Position numbers and translations under genes: made by a program. A stretch of 64,000 nucleotides of DNA from Cenococcum geophilum (taxonomy: Eukaryota): positions 15,376,001 to 15,440,000 of the forward strand of contig CP158635.1 in assembly GCA_050273025.1 (NCBI GenBank), in the 5' to 3' direction. The notes under the pieces were generated by a model that did no database searches, was not told where the DNA came from, and saw only the letters and a list, made by a program, of their open reading frames with translations. Numbering within the stretch: the stretch's first letter is position 1; each line of letters starts with the position of its first letter. Shown here piece by piece: positions 1-11,604 of this stretch.

Positions 1-296
1 TCCCTTTCTAGACCCCCCTTTCTACCTCTACGCCTCGCACCTCTACAACTACCTCTACACCTTTCTACGTCTTTACTTGTGGCTCTGCTCATGGCTCTAC
101 TCGTGTCTCTGCCCGTGTCTTCTGTCCGTGTCTTCTGCCCGTGTCTCCTTGCGCGTCTCCTTATTCGTCTCTTTACACGTCTTATGGGGGGCTAGGTAGA
201 GAGGTATAGAGACATAGACGTAGACACAAAGACGTAAAGACGCAGAGATATAAAGGCGTAGAGGCGCAGAGGTGCCTCTGGGGGTAGGCCGTGCTA
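1..296. mobile_element. Probable right end of a DNA transposon (hAT-like) with subterminal repeats in both orientations
   Basis: Short CCTCTACGCCTC-type repeats at 24-60 recur inverted (GGCGTAGAGGCGCAGAGG) at ~254-272. The block ends in GGGGGTAGGCCGTGCTA (rc TAGCACGGCCTACCCCC), a TAG-start terminus as seen in hAT TIRs. The other end is outside the window. Confidence 0.35.
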
Positions 297-565
297 AATT
301 AGGCTATGACTAAAAAATAAGCTCTAAGCCACTAATTTTGCACTGGCAGAGTGAAACTTGGCAGAAGATCCGGACAGTAAAGTTACTGCCAAGTGTTACT
401 GTGCGGATCCTGGCCGGAGCTTTTTAGCCAAATCGGTGGCTCGGAAGCTTAATTTTATATTTTAGCCAAGTAAGCCGACTGTTTCGACCTATCAAACCAA
501 GCAAGCCAAGCAAGCCAGCAAGCTAAGGCTTCCCGGCTTGGCTTGGTTGCTTAATAGCAAGTCTG
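297..565. mobile_element. Right terminus of a hAT-like element
   Basis: The end reads (rc) CAGACTTGCTATTAAGCAACCAAGCC, similar to the terminus CAGAGTTGCTGATAAGCAAGCAATC of the TSD-verified hAT at 40693. Clustered AAGCC subterminal repeats at 465-550. Confidence 0.5.
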
Positions 566-592
566 TCCCGTTTGCATTCTCCGTCAGTAAAC

Positions 593-1513
593 CTAGCTCC
601 AGACACCGCCACTATTTAGATGCTTCAACTTGAGTAGATCAAAAGCCATACCATTGAACTCCCTCATTAGCGCCTCGACCTCAGGCTTTCGTAGTAGAGA
701 CATATGGTCAGAAATTAGGTTCACCACGATATCCCGCAACCCCGTATTAGAGTCTGGAGTAGATATATACATAGTATAGATCGCTGATGGTAAATCACCG
801 TGATTCCAGTTATTCGCGGCAGCAGGTTTGAATTTGTCCCGACTGAGGGATTGGAGACCTTTGATGTCGCATTTATCGGCGATTGCATACATTTTGGCGA
901 GAGTAATGAGATGAAAAGTTCCATCTGGCTCTTGAGGAGATTCAACGGGCTCCTTTCCTGTAGGAATTGCTTGCCCCCCCCCTTCGCTATGCGCAAACTG
1001 GAGAAGGGATCATCGCTTTAGAGTCGGATTCCAGGGTGGCTCTTATGGTTCTGTGCCGCGACATTGCGGATGGAGAAGCCCTACCATAACGGGTGGTGGC
1101 GCTGTAACTTGGGCGGGGAATGGAGGATAATCAAGCGTATAGAAATAGTCGATCATCAACTCTACTATTTCCTGATCATCGTCGGGTAATGTAATAACTC
1201 CAGTCTCTGCTTCCTTTAAGTAGTGGTGGCTGGCTAGTGTTCAACCCATCATTATTCATTAAGGAAGAATTTCTGGATCACTGACCTTCCCGAATCTGCA
1301 CGTCGCATTGAAGAACTCAGAACGAGGACAGATGATTGCTTTGTGAACCTTGTGTTTGTATGACCCACGGGGAATGGTCAAATCTGAGAAATCGCTAGAT
1401 ATGAGTAGTCTAAAAGCATCAACATGATTAGAGAGTAAATGGTTGGTCATAAAAGAGCATAAGTACTCTTTTAGCGAACTCATCAACTCACTACGAGGCT
1501 CAGGGGGCTCCAT
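593..1513 (-). CDS. BTB/POZ domain protein (fungal type), about 4 exons
   Basis: Spliced translation MEPPEPRSELMSSLKE / LLISSDFSDLTI..KHKVHKAIICPRSEFF..CRFGK / EAETGVITLPDDDQEIVELMIDYFYTLDY / ..LAKMYAIADKCDIKGLQSLS matches fungal BTB motifs. In-frame stops at 1043 and 1010 fall inside a plausible GT..CAG intron (1084-998). Confidence 0.8.
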
Positions 1514-2195
1514 GCTGACCCCAAGGTGCCAAAACACAAACTTTGAGTGGCAAGAGACGACGAACACAGCTCCGTTATCAAGATATAGTTCTTTCTATGT
1601 GATTTCCCGACTGTATATAGTGTGTTCTTGGCACTGCAAATTTTGAGAGCCGAGCCCTAGATAGATAAATAATAAAAAGCAAAAGGATAGAAATAAATTA
1701 AAAATAGGACAGGGACAGGTGTTAGGATTTCTTATAGTCTTCTCTACCGTTTTTCTTACTACCCAATAGTTGCTAGCAACCTAGTATCTTACTAGGAAGC
1801 TATAAACCCCTAGTTTAAGGGTTTATAAATTGTTAGGACATAGTTACTAGTACATATTAAGCTGCCTAAAAAGGATTTATGTATATAGAACTTATGCGCC
1901 ATAGCCTAGAGGCTACATGCGCAGTATTATACTACGTATAATACAATAGATACATAGAAAAAAAAGTTAATTATCAGCGGTTGCAGCTCATTGACAATGA
2001 CAGAAAATGTAGGTTCCACCATACCACGCCACTTATCCTAAGCAGGGTGGTTTTAGATAATACAAATAAGCGAGCATAAAATATCCTTTATCCAATAGAA
2101 TATATATAAATATCGCAATCAATAAGGATAAAAGTGCCCTATGCGGAGCTTTTCTACCCCAATTAGGTAGAATAGGACTCGATTCTAGCAGAATT

Positions 2196-2338
2196 TAGCA
2201 GATATTGCAGATATTGCGGATATTACGGATATTGCGGATATTGCAGATATTATAGATATTGCGGATATCGCGGATATTACGGATATTGCGGATATCGCAG
2301 ATATTGCGGATACTGCGGATATTGCGGATATTATAGAT
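2196..2338. repeat. 10-bp subterminal tandem repeat (GATATTGCGG)n of the hAT element
   Basis: About 14 copies of GATATTGCRG with transition variants. Confidence 0.9.
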
Positions 2339-2399
2339 AGGCGTAAGATATTATAGGGTCCCTATCTACCTTTCCCCCCTAACTATATAATAGCTATAT

Positions 2400-3142
2400 A
2401 CTTAAAGAAAAACTACCTATTTCTCTTATAGTTCTTCTCTAATGCTAATTCTTTAAACATTTTGTTTTCTTAAGAGTTTCAGGATCTATCTGCATTCTCT
2501 CCCATAATACTATATAACGTTCTCCTAAAAAGACTTTTTCTAGCTTATTACTTATTACTGGAATTAAGAGAATTTCGATTGCTATAAGCGAGAGCCATAG
2601 CCAGCGTTTTTATTGCTGTTCTTAAGACCACCACTAAAGTGCAGTTGTTAAAATCTTATATAGCGTCTTAGAGATAAAGTCCTTATACTTATCTTAACTT
2701 TTTAATCAAAACATTATACTATTAAGATCCTCGGCAATTTTATTAAACTCGTTAAGGTTTTAAGCTAGAGCTAGCTTTTTATATAATGATATACTTTTAG
2801 GCGTAGAACTCCTATTCCGATATCTTTCCCAAAGCTCTTTAATGCTATTAAGTATAGGCTTATGCCACTCCTTCTTCTAAACCTACTTAATATATCTTAT
2901 ATAACGGGCTAAATAAAGAATAAGTGCAGCGGCGTAAAGGGGCAAGTTATCTATTTTATGGTAATACCTATTAAAGGTATTCTAAGCATTTTTAATGTGT
3001 TTAGAGAACTCTTTATTAGATATATACTCCTTCTATTATATATTAGCTAGGAAATAAAGAGGGGAGATAGACTAACCTAGGATTTATTAAGGTGCTTAAT
3101 TATAACATCTATTATAAAAAGCATATTCTTAAGCGTTGCTTT
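2400..3142 (-). pseudogene. hAT transposase, C-terminal part (dimerisation domain), RIP-inactivated
   Basis: Minus-strand reading KATLKNMLFIIDVIIKH and RWLWLSLIAIEILLIPVISNKLEKVF, a RIPed form of the hAT-C motif RWPRLS.MA..ILSIPA.S..PERVF. The 3' coordinate is approximate. Confidence 0.85.
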
Positions 3143-3407
3143 ATCCCTTTGTCTGGTAAAACGGACTTTTTGTATTAGGCGCTTTAGGCGCTCCTGCCTG
3201 GGTTAGCATGCTGCAGGCACCCTAGCTAGCGTGATTTTATTAGCAAGCCTCACCAAAGCGCGTTAATATTGCGATGCCGATAAAATACTGCAGAAGGCCA
3301 CCACCGAAAACACCTATTTTTTTTTTAAGGAAGTTGGGTAAAAAGTCGCGATATATGACGTTATAACTGTAGGTTTCCGCCCTTCCTCCATTAACCAGCT
3401 GCTGACT

Positions 3408-3728
3408 ATATAGGAAAATCCCCTACTAGAGTCCTCCCCTAAACTACCGCTACCTATCCACTTTATACGCGTTCTTAACGTTAATAAGGATAAGCTAGTA
3501 AAGGACCAGCTTAAGGTTATAAGGGAGGACGTGTAGTATACGTTAAATGAGATATATTAAGTGCTATAGGTCATTAAACGGTTTAGTTAGCGGTTATTTG
3601 GTATAGAGGATTAATTAAAGGCGGTAGAGAAGGACTTAAAGGAGGCTAAGTAGGACGCTGCACTAAAGGCTTAGTTAGCTTTAGAGTCTCAATATTAGGG
3701 GCGTAAGGAAGTAGAGGGCTTAAAATAG
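3408..3728 (+). pseudogene. Second, convergent ORF of the piggyBac-like element (about 106 aa, acidic, coiled-coil-like), RIP-inactivated
   Basis: One frame in which every stop is TAA/TAG (revertible to CAA/CAG). It reads ..KDQLKVIREDV*YTLNEIY*VL*VIKRFS*RLFGIED*LKAVEKDLKEAK*DAALKA*LALE with heptad-like periodicity and ends 4 bp from the transposase stop. Confidence 0.5.
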
Positions 3729-3794
3729 TTACCTAGTCGTCGCCTACTAAATAGAAGTTGTTAAAGTACTAAAGGCATAGAGGAAGCCTATAAG

Positions 3795-4172
3795 TGTAAG
3801 AGGCCAGCCTAACCGGAACGTATGATTATCTAATTAATAGTGTTACCGGTAAGTAGAAGGTAAGTTAAAGGTAAATAAAAGGTAAGTTAAAGGTAGAATA
3901 AGTTTTATATATTAAAGGATAAATGCTTCTAACTACTTCTATTTAGAGACTAATTGCTGGTTCTTCTCTAGAGGAGAACCAGCTCCCTATATAATCTTTT
4001 TAAGACACTAGTAAAACCCTTTACCCCTTATCTATCTAACTGTGTCTTTTAGAACGTAGATAGAATATAGGTAAGACCTCCTTCTGGAATATAGATAAGA
4101 CCTCCTTCTAAAACATAGATAAGACCTCCTTCTGTCTTATCTAATATATACCTTCTAGGGAATTCCGTTATA
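3795..4172 (-). repeat. 3' LTR (378 bp)
   Basis: TGTAAGAGGCCAGCC...AATTCCGTTATA. Contains three 24-bp GAATATAGATAAGACCTCCTTCT-type internal repeats and matches 13957-14334. Confidence 0.95.
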
Positions 4173-4767
4173 ATTACCTCCCCTTTAAGGGTCTTAGTCC
4201 TCCAAGACTTCACCTTTACTAAGCTTTTATAAAGTTCCGGCTAAAACCACTAGGGAAATTCTTAGTGGAAAGGTACTTTATAATGCGGCTTATAGCTAGT
4301 TCTTTACTAGCGTAGAACCTTACTTTATCCTTAATTCCTCTGCTCTTTTCCTACTATAGTTCCCTATAATACCTTTATAATGGAACTAAAATAATAATAA
4401 TAAAAATTGGATAGGATTTACCTTTCTTATTATAAGAGTTTGTTATAAGTTAATCTAGAGGTTGTCCTATATAACGCGTCTATAAGCTACCATCCCTATT
4501 TACCTAAAATAGATTCTGATAATAACGTTTTTATTTTAATTTTCTTCTAGTTTATAAGCTGTCGCCTCCTACGCGTCTTTTTATTAATAACACCATTCGT
4601 CTCGTCTTTTAGCAGACTGTTTCCTCTATATCTCCGCTTTTAGCTTCCGTATCTCTAGCTATTCTTTTATAGCTGCTTTATTCTCTTCTTATAATACGTC
4701 TATAAGTAATAGGATCCCTACCTTATCTTCTTATAATAATGCTAACTTCTTAGAGTATTCTCTTATA

Positions 4768-6050
4768 ATAGCTCGTGGTCCCCAGACCGGCGGCAGTATT
4801 ATTAATCTCCCGGTGACGCCCTAGACAGCGTCTATTGCTTCTACGGCAGTTTCCCTAAAATACTATTGTTGCTACATTTATACTCTTACGTAGAATCCTT
4901 CCTATGTCTGTAAGATGCCTCGCTCTAGCGAAAATAAATCTAAGTACTTCTATTATCGCAGTAGGAGAAAGACCTGCGTCCTAGTATTTCCTATTCCGTC
5001 CTATTCTAGATTTCGCTAATTATACTAGATCCCCGCTATCTATACGCATAAGACTTATAGGCTCTAATACGCCATCTAAGATTTCCGCCGATATCCTAAT
5101 AGTGACAGGCGGGGACAGAAGGTGTCTTCCCTCGTTTATAGACTCTTTAATTCTATAAGGGTTTCCACTACTATAGAGACGTAACGTTCTTGGATATATA
5201 GTGTCTAGGAGCGTATATGCGAACAGCTCGTCTTTAATAATAATATTTATACTCTTACGCGGGCTACTTTAGCCAGGTGAGTTTCTCTAGTAACTTACTT
5301 AGGAACTATGCTAACTCCTTTAGCTAATATCTCTCTAATCCCTGCTTAGACGCTAATTTAGAACCTAGGGATACTAAGGATAGCAATAAAGGTTAAGATA
5401 AACGTTCTCCTCGCCAGTCTCCCGCCCGTGCTGGTCCTTCTAGTACCCGTTATTCTAAGAAGAATATTAGTAGAAGTGCTAATGCTTCTAGGGATAGAGG
5501 AGCTAATAATACCGTTAATAATAACGTTAAGATAGAAGAGGAGGCTCCTATTACTGTTGCTAATATTTAAGTTATTACCTGGCTCTTTCCTTCTTATAGA
5601 ATAGCTTTATATAGTGCCTCTTAGGTGCCTTTAGGATGCCCTATTATTAGGAATTAACTTTATACTTTGGGGATGCCTTTATTCTAAGCTTTAGTAACAA
5701 TCTATATAAACGTAGTGCACTACTATAATCCCTATATATAATAAACGGGTAGTATTCCTATAGGTGCCTTATAATTCCTTAAAATTTCTAATTCTTTATA
5801 GGCTGTCCTTTTGCTTCTCTTCGTACTATTAACTCTACTGCGTATCTCCGGTGCTAGGCCAAATACTCTCCTTTTATCCCTAGGGGATCTTGCTAAATCC
5901 CTAAGGCCACTTCTTATAGTGCTACTGCTCCTTTTTATACAGCGTCTTCTTTAAATAGTATCCCTAGTAGTTCTTCTATAGATCCTTATAGGCTTCCTCT
6001 TACAGGATTCTAGGATCCCTATTATAATAGTAAAACGTTTCCGTTTTTAA
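4768..6050 (+). pseudogene. Antisense, two-intron accessory gene of the Gypsy element (N-terminal Cys/His-rich motif, acidic and Pro/Ser-rich tail), RIP-inactivated
   Basis: Introns 4984-5028 (GT..GCTAAT..TAG) and 5277-5323 (GTGAGT..GCTAAC..TAG) join three segments in frame. All stops are TAA/TAG. Confidence 0.7.
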
Positions 6051-9000
6051 TGCCTATACTTAATTTTATAGTTTTAATTTGCGGGGTCTTCCCTATTACT
6101 TTACCTGTGGTATATCCGGAACTATTTCTAAGTCTTTACCTTTAGTTCTTAAGAAGGTTTTAATTATAGTATTATATTTTGGCTAAAGGTACTCCTTAGG
6201 TTCCTAACTATTATGCGCCTAGGAGTATCCTTCCTAATAAACTAAAAATTCGCGCTTCTTCTAGCGCCATCTTTGGTCTAAAATGTCTTCTATATTCCAT
6301 TCCAGTTCCCTATTAATTTCGCTAAGTAGGGGCGGTTCTGCACTATCTTTTCTCTAATATAGCTCTAGCAAGGAAACATGAAATATAGGATATATTAGAT
6401 AAGATTTCGGTAATTCTAATTTATAGGCTTGGTTTCCTTTAGTTTTCTTAACTATCTTAAAGGGTCCGAGCTACTGGTAATCCAGCTTCTTCTTAATACG
6501 TTTTATTTGGATATTTTTTATAGACAGTAAGACTTCATCTCCTATCTTGAATTCTTTCGGCATATATTTTTTATTATAGTACCTTTTTTACACGGCCTAG
6601 GCGTCTAGTAAGTGCTTTTTAAGTTCCTCTCTGCGAATTCTTATTTGCTTAATTCTTTTGGACATTACTAGTGCCTCTTTTTTAGGAACGATGTCCTTAA
6701 TATTTTAGGGGTTATTTGCTTTTACCCCAAACAATGCTTTATAAGGGGTTATTTTTATACTACTGTGGATGCTTATATTATATACGTGCTACGCTAGAGC
6801 TAACTACAATGTCTAATTATTCTGTTGATAATTGATATAGTAGCGGAGGTAGTATTCCAATAACGCATTTAGACGCTCTATTTACCCATCTGTTTACAGG
6901 TAGAAGGTAGTGTTTATCCTTTACCGTATTTTTAATAAGAGATAGAATAAAGACTAAAATATACTGTTAAATACGGTGCCTCTGTTAGATATAATTCCCC
7001 TTAGCATGCTAAATGAGAGCCACCGTTCTAAAAATAGGTCTACTAATTCTGCTGCTGTGATCGTTATTATAATAGTAAAGTATTTTAAAAACTTTGTATA
7101 CCTGTTAACGATTACTAGGATAGCGTTAGCAACCTCTCTAGTTCTTATTTTAGTAGGGGGTAAGCCTATAATAAAATCTATTGTTAATTCTAATATAGGT
7201 CCCTATGGAATAGGAAGTACTAATAACTTGCTGTATAGGCGATGCCTAGATATCTGTATTCTTTAGCACGTATTATACCTTAATATATAGTCCTTAACCT
7301 CTTTAGACATTTTGTTCTAAAAGTATTTCCTTTAAACAGCCTTAAGGGTTCTGTTAGTACCGTAGTGACCCCTAAAAGGGTTGTTGTAGAAGACCTTTAG
7401 AATTTCGTCTTAAATCGCTTGGTCCTTTAAGACATATGCAGTACCCTTAAAGCGCAACAAACCCTTTTAGTCTTGCTGCTATAGCTTCTTAGTAACTCTA
7501 GCTAAGTTAGTCTCCACTATATCTTTCTACCTCTCCCTAGAGGCGAAGGCGTCCCTTTATTAAGCTTAAAGAAGAAGATCCGGAAAGGTTTTGTGTAGAT
7601 TACTTACTTCTATTTTACCTACCGCCATTATAGACTTAAGGCGTGGCATAAGACGTTTTAAACTATTAGTGCTAGCAAATTCTCTTACCGTTGTGTAGTA
7701 TGCTATGCTGCAAATAGGTATCTTGCCTATCCCCCTTAGATCTAAGAACTCGTAGCTAATACGCCGTTAAGTTAAAGGTGCCGCGACACCTCTAGTATAT
7801 CCTATAGAATTCTCGCTAATTTTAGGGTACGCTAACTTTGTGATGTCTGCTTGGTCTATAACCTAGTCTATAACTATATCCTACGGCTCTATAATTATGT
7901 TGCTTCGTAGCTATATCGCTAGGACCTCTACCCTATTATAAAATTCTATAGTTCTAGGGAAAGAGTCTTCTTTCTTCCTAAGCAAATTTTGCAATATGGG
8001 GATTATTTCCCCTATACTATCCTAGATCCTCCCTGTCTTATAATCCGGACATCTTAATAACCTATTAGTAGGATTTGTCTTTTCTAGGTGGTACATAATC
8101 TTAAAATTATACTGTAATAGTGCCTTTGCCTATTTAACTTGTTAACTGCTTAACATCTTTATAGTTATAAAGTATTCCAGGTTATTATAGTCTGTAAGGA
8201 CTTTAATAGGATAATTGCTTCCTATATAATAATGTCACTAGTGCTTTATTACTGCGATTATCGTGAGTAGCTCCTAGTTATATATTATGTAACACTACTC
8301 TATAGGGGTTATTTTCCTTAACTAAAACGCTATAGGATGCTATTTTCCGTCTTTTAATTGAGATATAATTGCCCCTAGGGTAAAGCCGGATGCATCCGTT
8401 TTAAGGTATATATATAGCTCCTAGTAGAAGTGTATTAGGATAGGCGCCGATATAAATAAATCCTTTAACTGGTCTATAGCCTGCTTAGCAGCTTCCCTAA
8501 ATATAAAGGGTCTTAACTTCCTGCCATTCTTAAATCCTTTTAGTAGATTGGTAATTGGGAGTATTACTTATAAGTAGTAAACAATAAACGTTTAGTAGAA
8601 GTTTGCCGTGCCTAAGAAAACCTATACTTCTCTAAATATTATAGGGTAGGGCCATTTCCTAATAGCGTCTACCCGACTTTTCTCTATTAACACTTTGTTA
8701 ACGCTAACGATAAAGCCTAAAAAATTAATGCTAGTAGTATAAAACGTATACTTTTTTAGGTTTATATAGAGCTTGTATTCCCATAGTCTTTCTAATACTA
8801 TTTGCACGTGGTATATATATGCTTTATAGTTATTAAAGTAGACTATAATGTTATTAAGGTAGACTATATATATCGTATCTAATAGGCCTAATAATACCTT
8901 ATTAATATAGGCCTGAAATATTGCTAGTGCGTTAGTGAGCCTAAATAGCATTACTAGGTACTTAAAGTGGCCGTACCGTATTTAGAACGCCGTTTTCTAT

Positions 9001-9332
9001 TTATCACCGGCTTTAATCCGGATTTAATAGTATGCATCTTTTAAATCCAATTTTATAAATATCTTCGCACCTAACAGCCTATTAATAAGCTCCCCTATTA
9101 AGGGTAATAGGTAGCAATTCTTTATAGTAATCTTGTTTAGCGCCCGATAGTTAATATAGAGGTAAAGGGTCCTATCCTTCTTGGGTATAAATATAATTGG
9201 CGCCCCTGCTAGGCTTATAGAGGGCTAAATCTATCCTCTTTAAAGATTGTCTACTATATATTAACGTAGTACCGCTAGCTTATTTTCTAATAGGTTATAC
9301 AGCGGTCTAAAAGGAGGTTGTTTATCCCCTAT

Positions 9333-9598
9333 CATCAGGAAATTTTTTTTTGGGCACGTTGTTGCAAACGAAAATCGGGGTCTGCAAAACCTGCGTAAGT
9401 CGCAAATTTGGCAATTTGCGGCGATTTGCAGCAATTTGCTACAAACACATAGGCTACCTATGCACGCGCCTGCCTTATCTATGTGTTTGTAGCAAATTGC
9501 TGCAAATCGCCATAAATTACCAAAATTGCGACTTACGCAGGTTTTGCAGACCCCAATTTTCGCTTGCAACAATATGCCTAAAAAAAAATTTCCTAATG
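9333..9598. repeat. 266-bp foldback (MITE-like palindrome) forming the left end of element A
   Basis: Arms of about 120 bp: 9333-9452 is the near-perfect reverse complement of ~9478-9598, including a second TIR copy (AAAATTTCCTAATG) ending at 9598. Confidence 0.92.
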
Positions 9599-10718
9599 CA
9601 GAGGCTCTGCATGAGGCTCTATATAAAGCTCTGCATGAGGCTTTACATAAAGCTCTGCACGAAGCTCTGCACGAAGCTCTGCACGAAGCTCTGCACGAAG
9701 CTCTACACGAAGCTCTACACGAAGCTCTACACGAAGCTCTACACGAAGCTTTGCACGAGGCTTTACACGAGGCTCTACACAAAGCTCTGCGTACAGAGGC
9801 TCTGCACGAGGCTCTACACGAAGTTCTGCACGAATTCGTGCACGAAGCTCTGCACGAAGCTCTACACGAAGCTCTACACAAAGCTCTACACGAAGCTCTA
9901 CACGAAGCTCTACACGAAGCTTTGCACGAGGCTCTGTACGAAGCTCTACACGAAGCTCTACACGAAGCTTTGCACGATGCTCTACACGAAGCTTTGCACG
10001 ATGCTCTACACGAAGCTTTGCACGATGCTCTACACGAAGCTCTGCGTACAGAGGCTCTACACGAAGCTCTACACGAAGCTCTACACGAAGCTCTGCACGA
10101 AGCTCTGCACGAAGCTTTACACGAAGCTTTGCACGAGGCTCTACACGAGGCTCTACACAAAGCTCTGGGTACAGAGGCTCTGCACGAGGCTCTACACGAA
10201 GCTCTGTACGAAGCTCTGCACGAAGCTCTACACGATGCTCTACACGATGCTCTACACGAAGCTTTGCACGATGCTCTACACGAAGCTCTGCGTACAGAGG
10301 CTCTACACAAAGCTCTACACGAAGCTCTGCACGAAGCTTTACACGAAGCTTTACACGAGGCTCTACACGAGGCTCTACACAAAGCTCTAGGTACAGAGGC
10401 TCTGCACGAGGCTCTACACGAAGCTCTATACGAAGCTCTGCACGAAGCTCTACACAAAGCTCTACACGAAGCTCTACACGAAGCTCTACACGAAGCTCTA
10501 CACGAAGCTCTACGTACAGAGGCTCTGCACGAAGCTCTACACGAAGCTCTGCATAAAGCTCTATATGAAGCTCTACACGAAGCTCTGCATAAAGCTCTAC
10601 GAAGCTCTACACAAAGCTCTACATATAGAGGCTCTGCACGAGGCTCTGCGCGAAGCTCTACACGAGGCTCTGCGCGAAGCTCTGCATACGGAGGCTCTAC
10701 ACGAAGCTCTACACAAAG
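9599..10718. repeat. 12-bp minisatellite (CACGAAGCTCTR)n
   Basis: About 90 units, with periodic 15-bp variants GCTCTGCGTACAGAG / GCTCTGGGTACAGAG. Confidence 0.97.
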
Positions 10719-10888
10719 CCTTTGTGTGTGTGCGCGCGACACACTACTATCGGGTCCCCGCTATATTCCCGATAGCCTCTACACGTGCCTCTGCCAAGTA
10801 TACCCCCTATATACACCTAGGTAGCCACCTCATTTTTTACCCTTCCTTACATCCTCCCTACCTAGGAAGACACCAGAACGACAGCCAG

Positions 10889-11400
10889 CAGACGACCGTC
10901 GCCGGAGCCAGACGACCGTCGCCAGAGCTAGACGATCGTCAGAGCTAGACGACCGTCGTCAGAGCCAGACGACTGTCGCCGGAGCCAGATGACCGTCGCC
11001 AGAGCTGGACGACCGTCGCCGGAGCCAGATGACCGTCGCCAGAGCTAGACGACCGTCAGAGCCAGACGACCGTCGTCAGAGCTAGACGACCGTCGCCGGA
11101 GCCAGATGACCGTCGCCAGAGCTGGACGACCGTCGCCGGAGCCAGATGACCGTCGCCAGAGCTAGACGACCGTCAGAGCTAGACGACCGTCGCCGGAGCC
11201 AGATGACCGTCGCCAGAGCTGGACGACCGTCGTCAGAGCCAGATGACCGTCGCCAGAGCTGGACGACCGTCGTCAGAGCCAGATGACCGTCGCCAGAGCT
11301 AGACGACCGTCAGAGCCAGACGACCGTCGCCGGAGCCAGATGACCGTCGCCAGAGCTAGACGACCGTCGTCATCGCCACACGACCGTCGCCAGAGCCATA
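10889..11400. repeat. 21-bp minisatellite AGACGACCGTCGCCAGAGCYA-type with an internal palindrome
   Basis: About 25 units, some shortened to 18 bp. The core GACGAC-C-GTCGYC is self-complementary. Confidence 0.95.
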
Positions 11401-11475
11401 CGACAACCGTTCGAACGACCAGCCAGCGAACACGATAAACGATTCGATCGATCGATTGAATCAAGGTGACATAGA

Positions 11476-11604
11476 CAGGTAGGCACAGACAGGTAGGCAC
11501 AGATAGGTAGGCATAGACAGACAGACAGGTAGGTAGGTAGGTAGGTAGGTAGGTAGGCAAGCAGGCAGGTAGGCAGGCAGGCAGGCAGGTAGGTAGGTAG
11601 GCAG
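11476..11604. repeat. (AGGT)n/(AGGC)n/(AGAC)n tetranucleotide microsatellite
   Basis: Directly visible run. Confidence 0.9.

Noticed and set aside
1720..1960. Two TGTTAGGA starts and a small hairpin suggesting solo LTR fragments
   Set aside because: No convincing CA end, TSD or second copy in the window.
6976..7266. Plus-strand hydrophobic ORFs in AT-rich regions (also 11723, 13622, 19283 and 62624)
   Set aside because: Antisense to RIPed transposon genes or inside RIPed repeats. The Ile/Leu richness reflects AT bias.
9261..10824. Long ORFs of 493, 346 and 432 aa ((CRAS)n, (CTKL)n, (HEAL)n)
   Set aside because: They arise from a 12-bp minisatellite lacking stops in these frames. They start at non-ATG codons or inside a TIR, within a non-autonomous element, so I did not annotate them as CDS.
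10889..11400. CRISPR-like appearance of the palindromic 21-bp repeats
   Set aside because: No unique spacers, no cas genes, and a eukaryotic context. It is a head-to-tail minisatellite.
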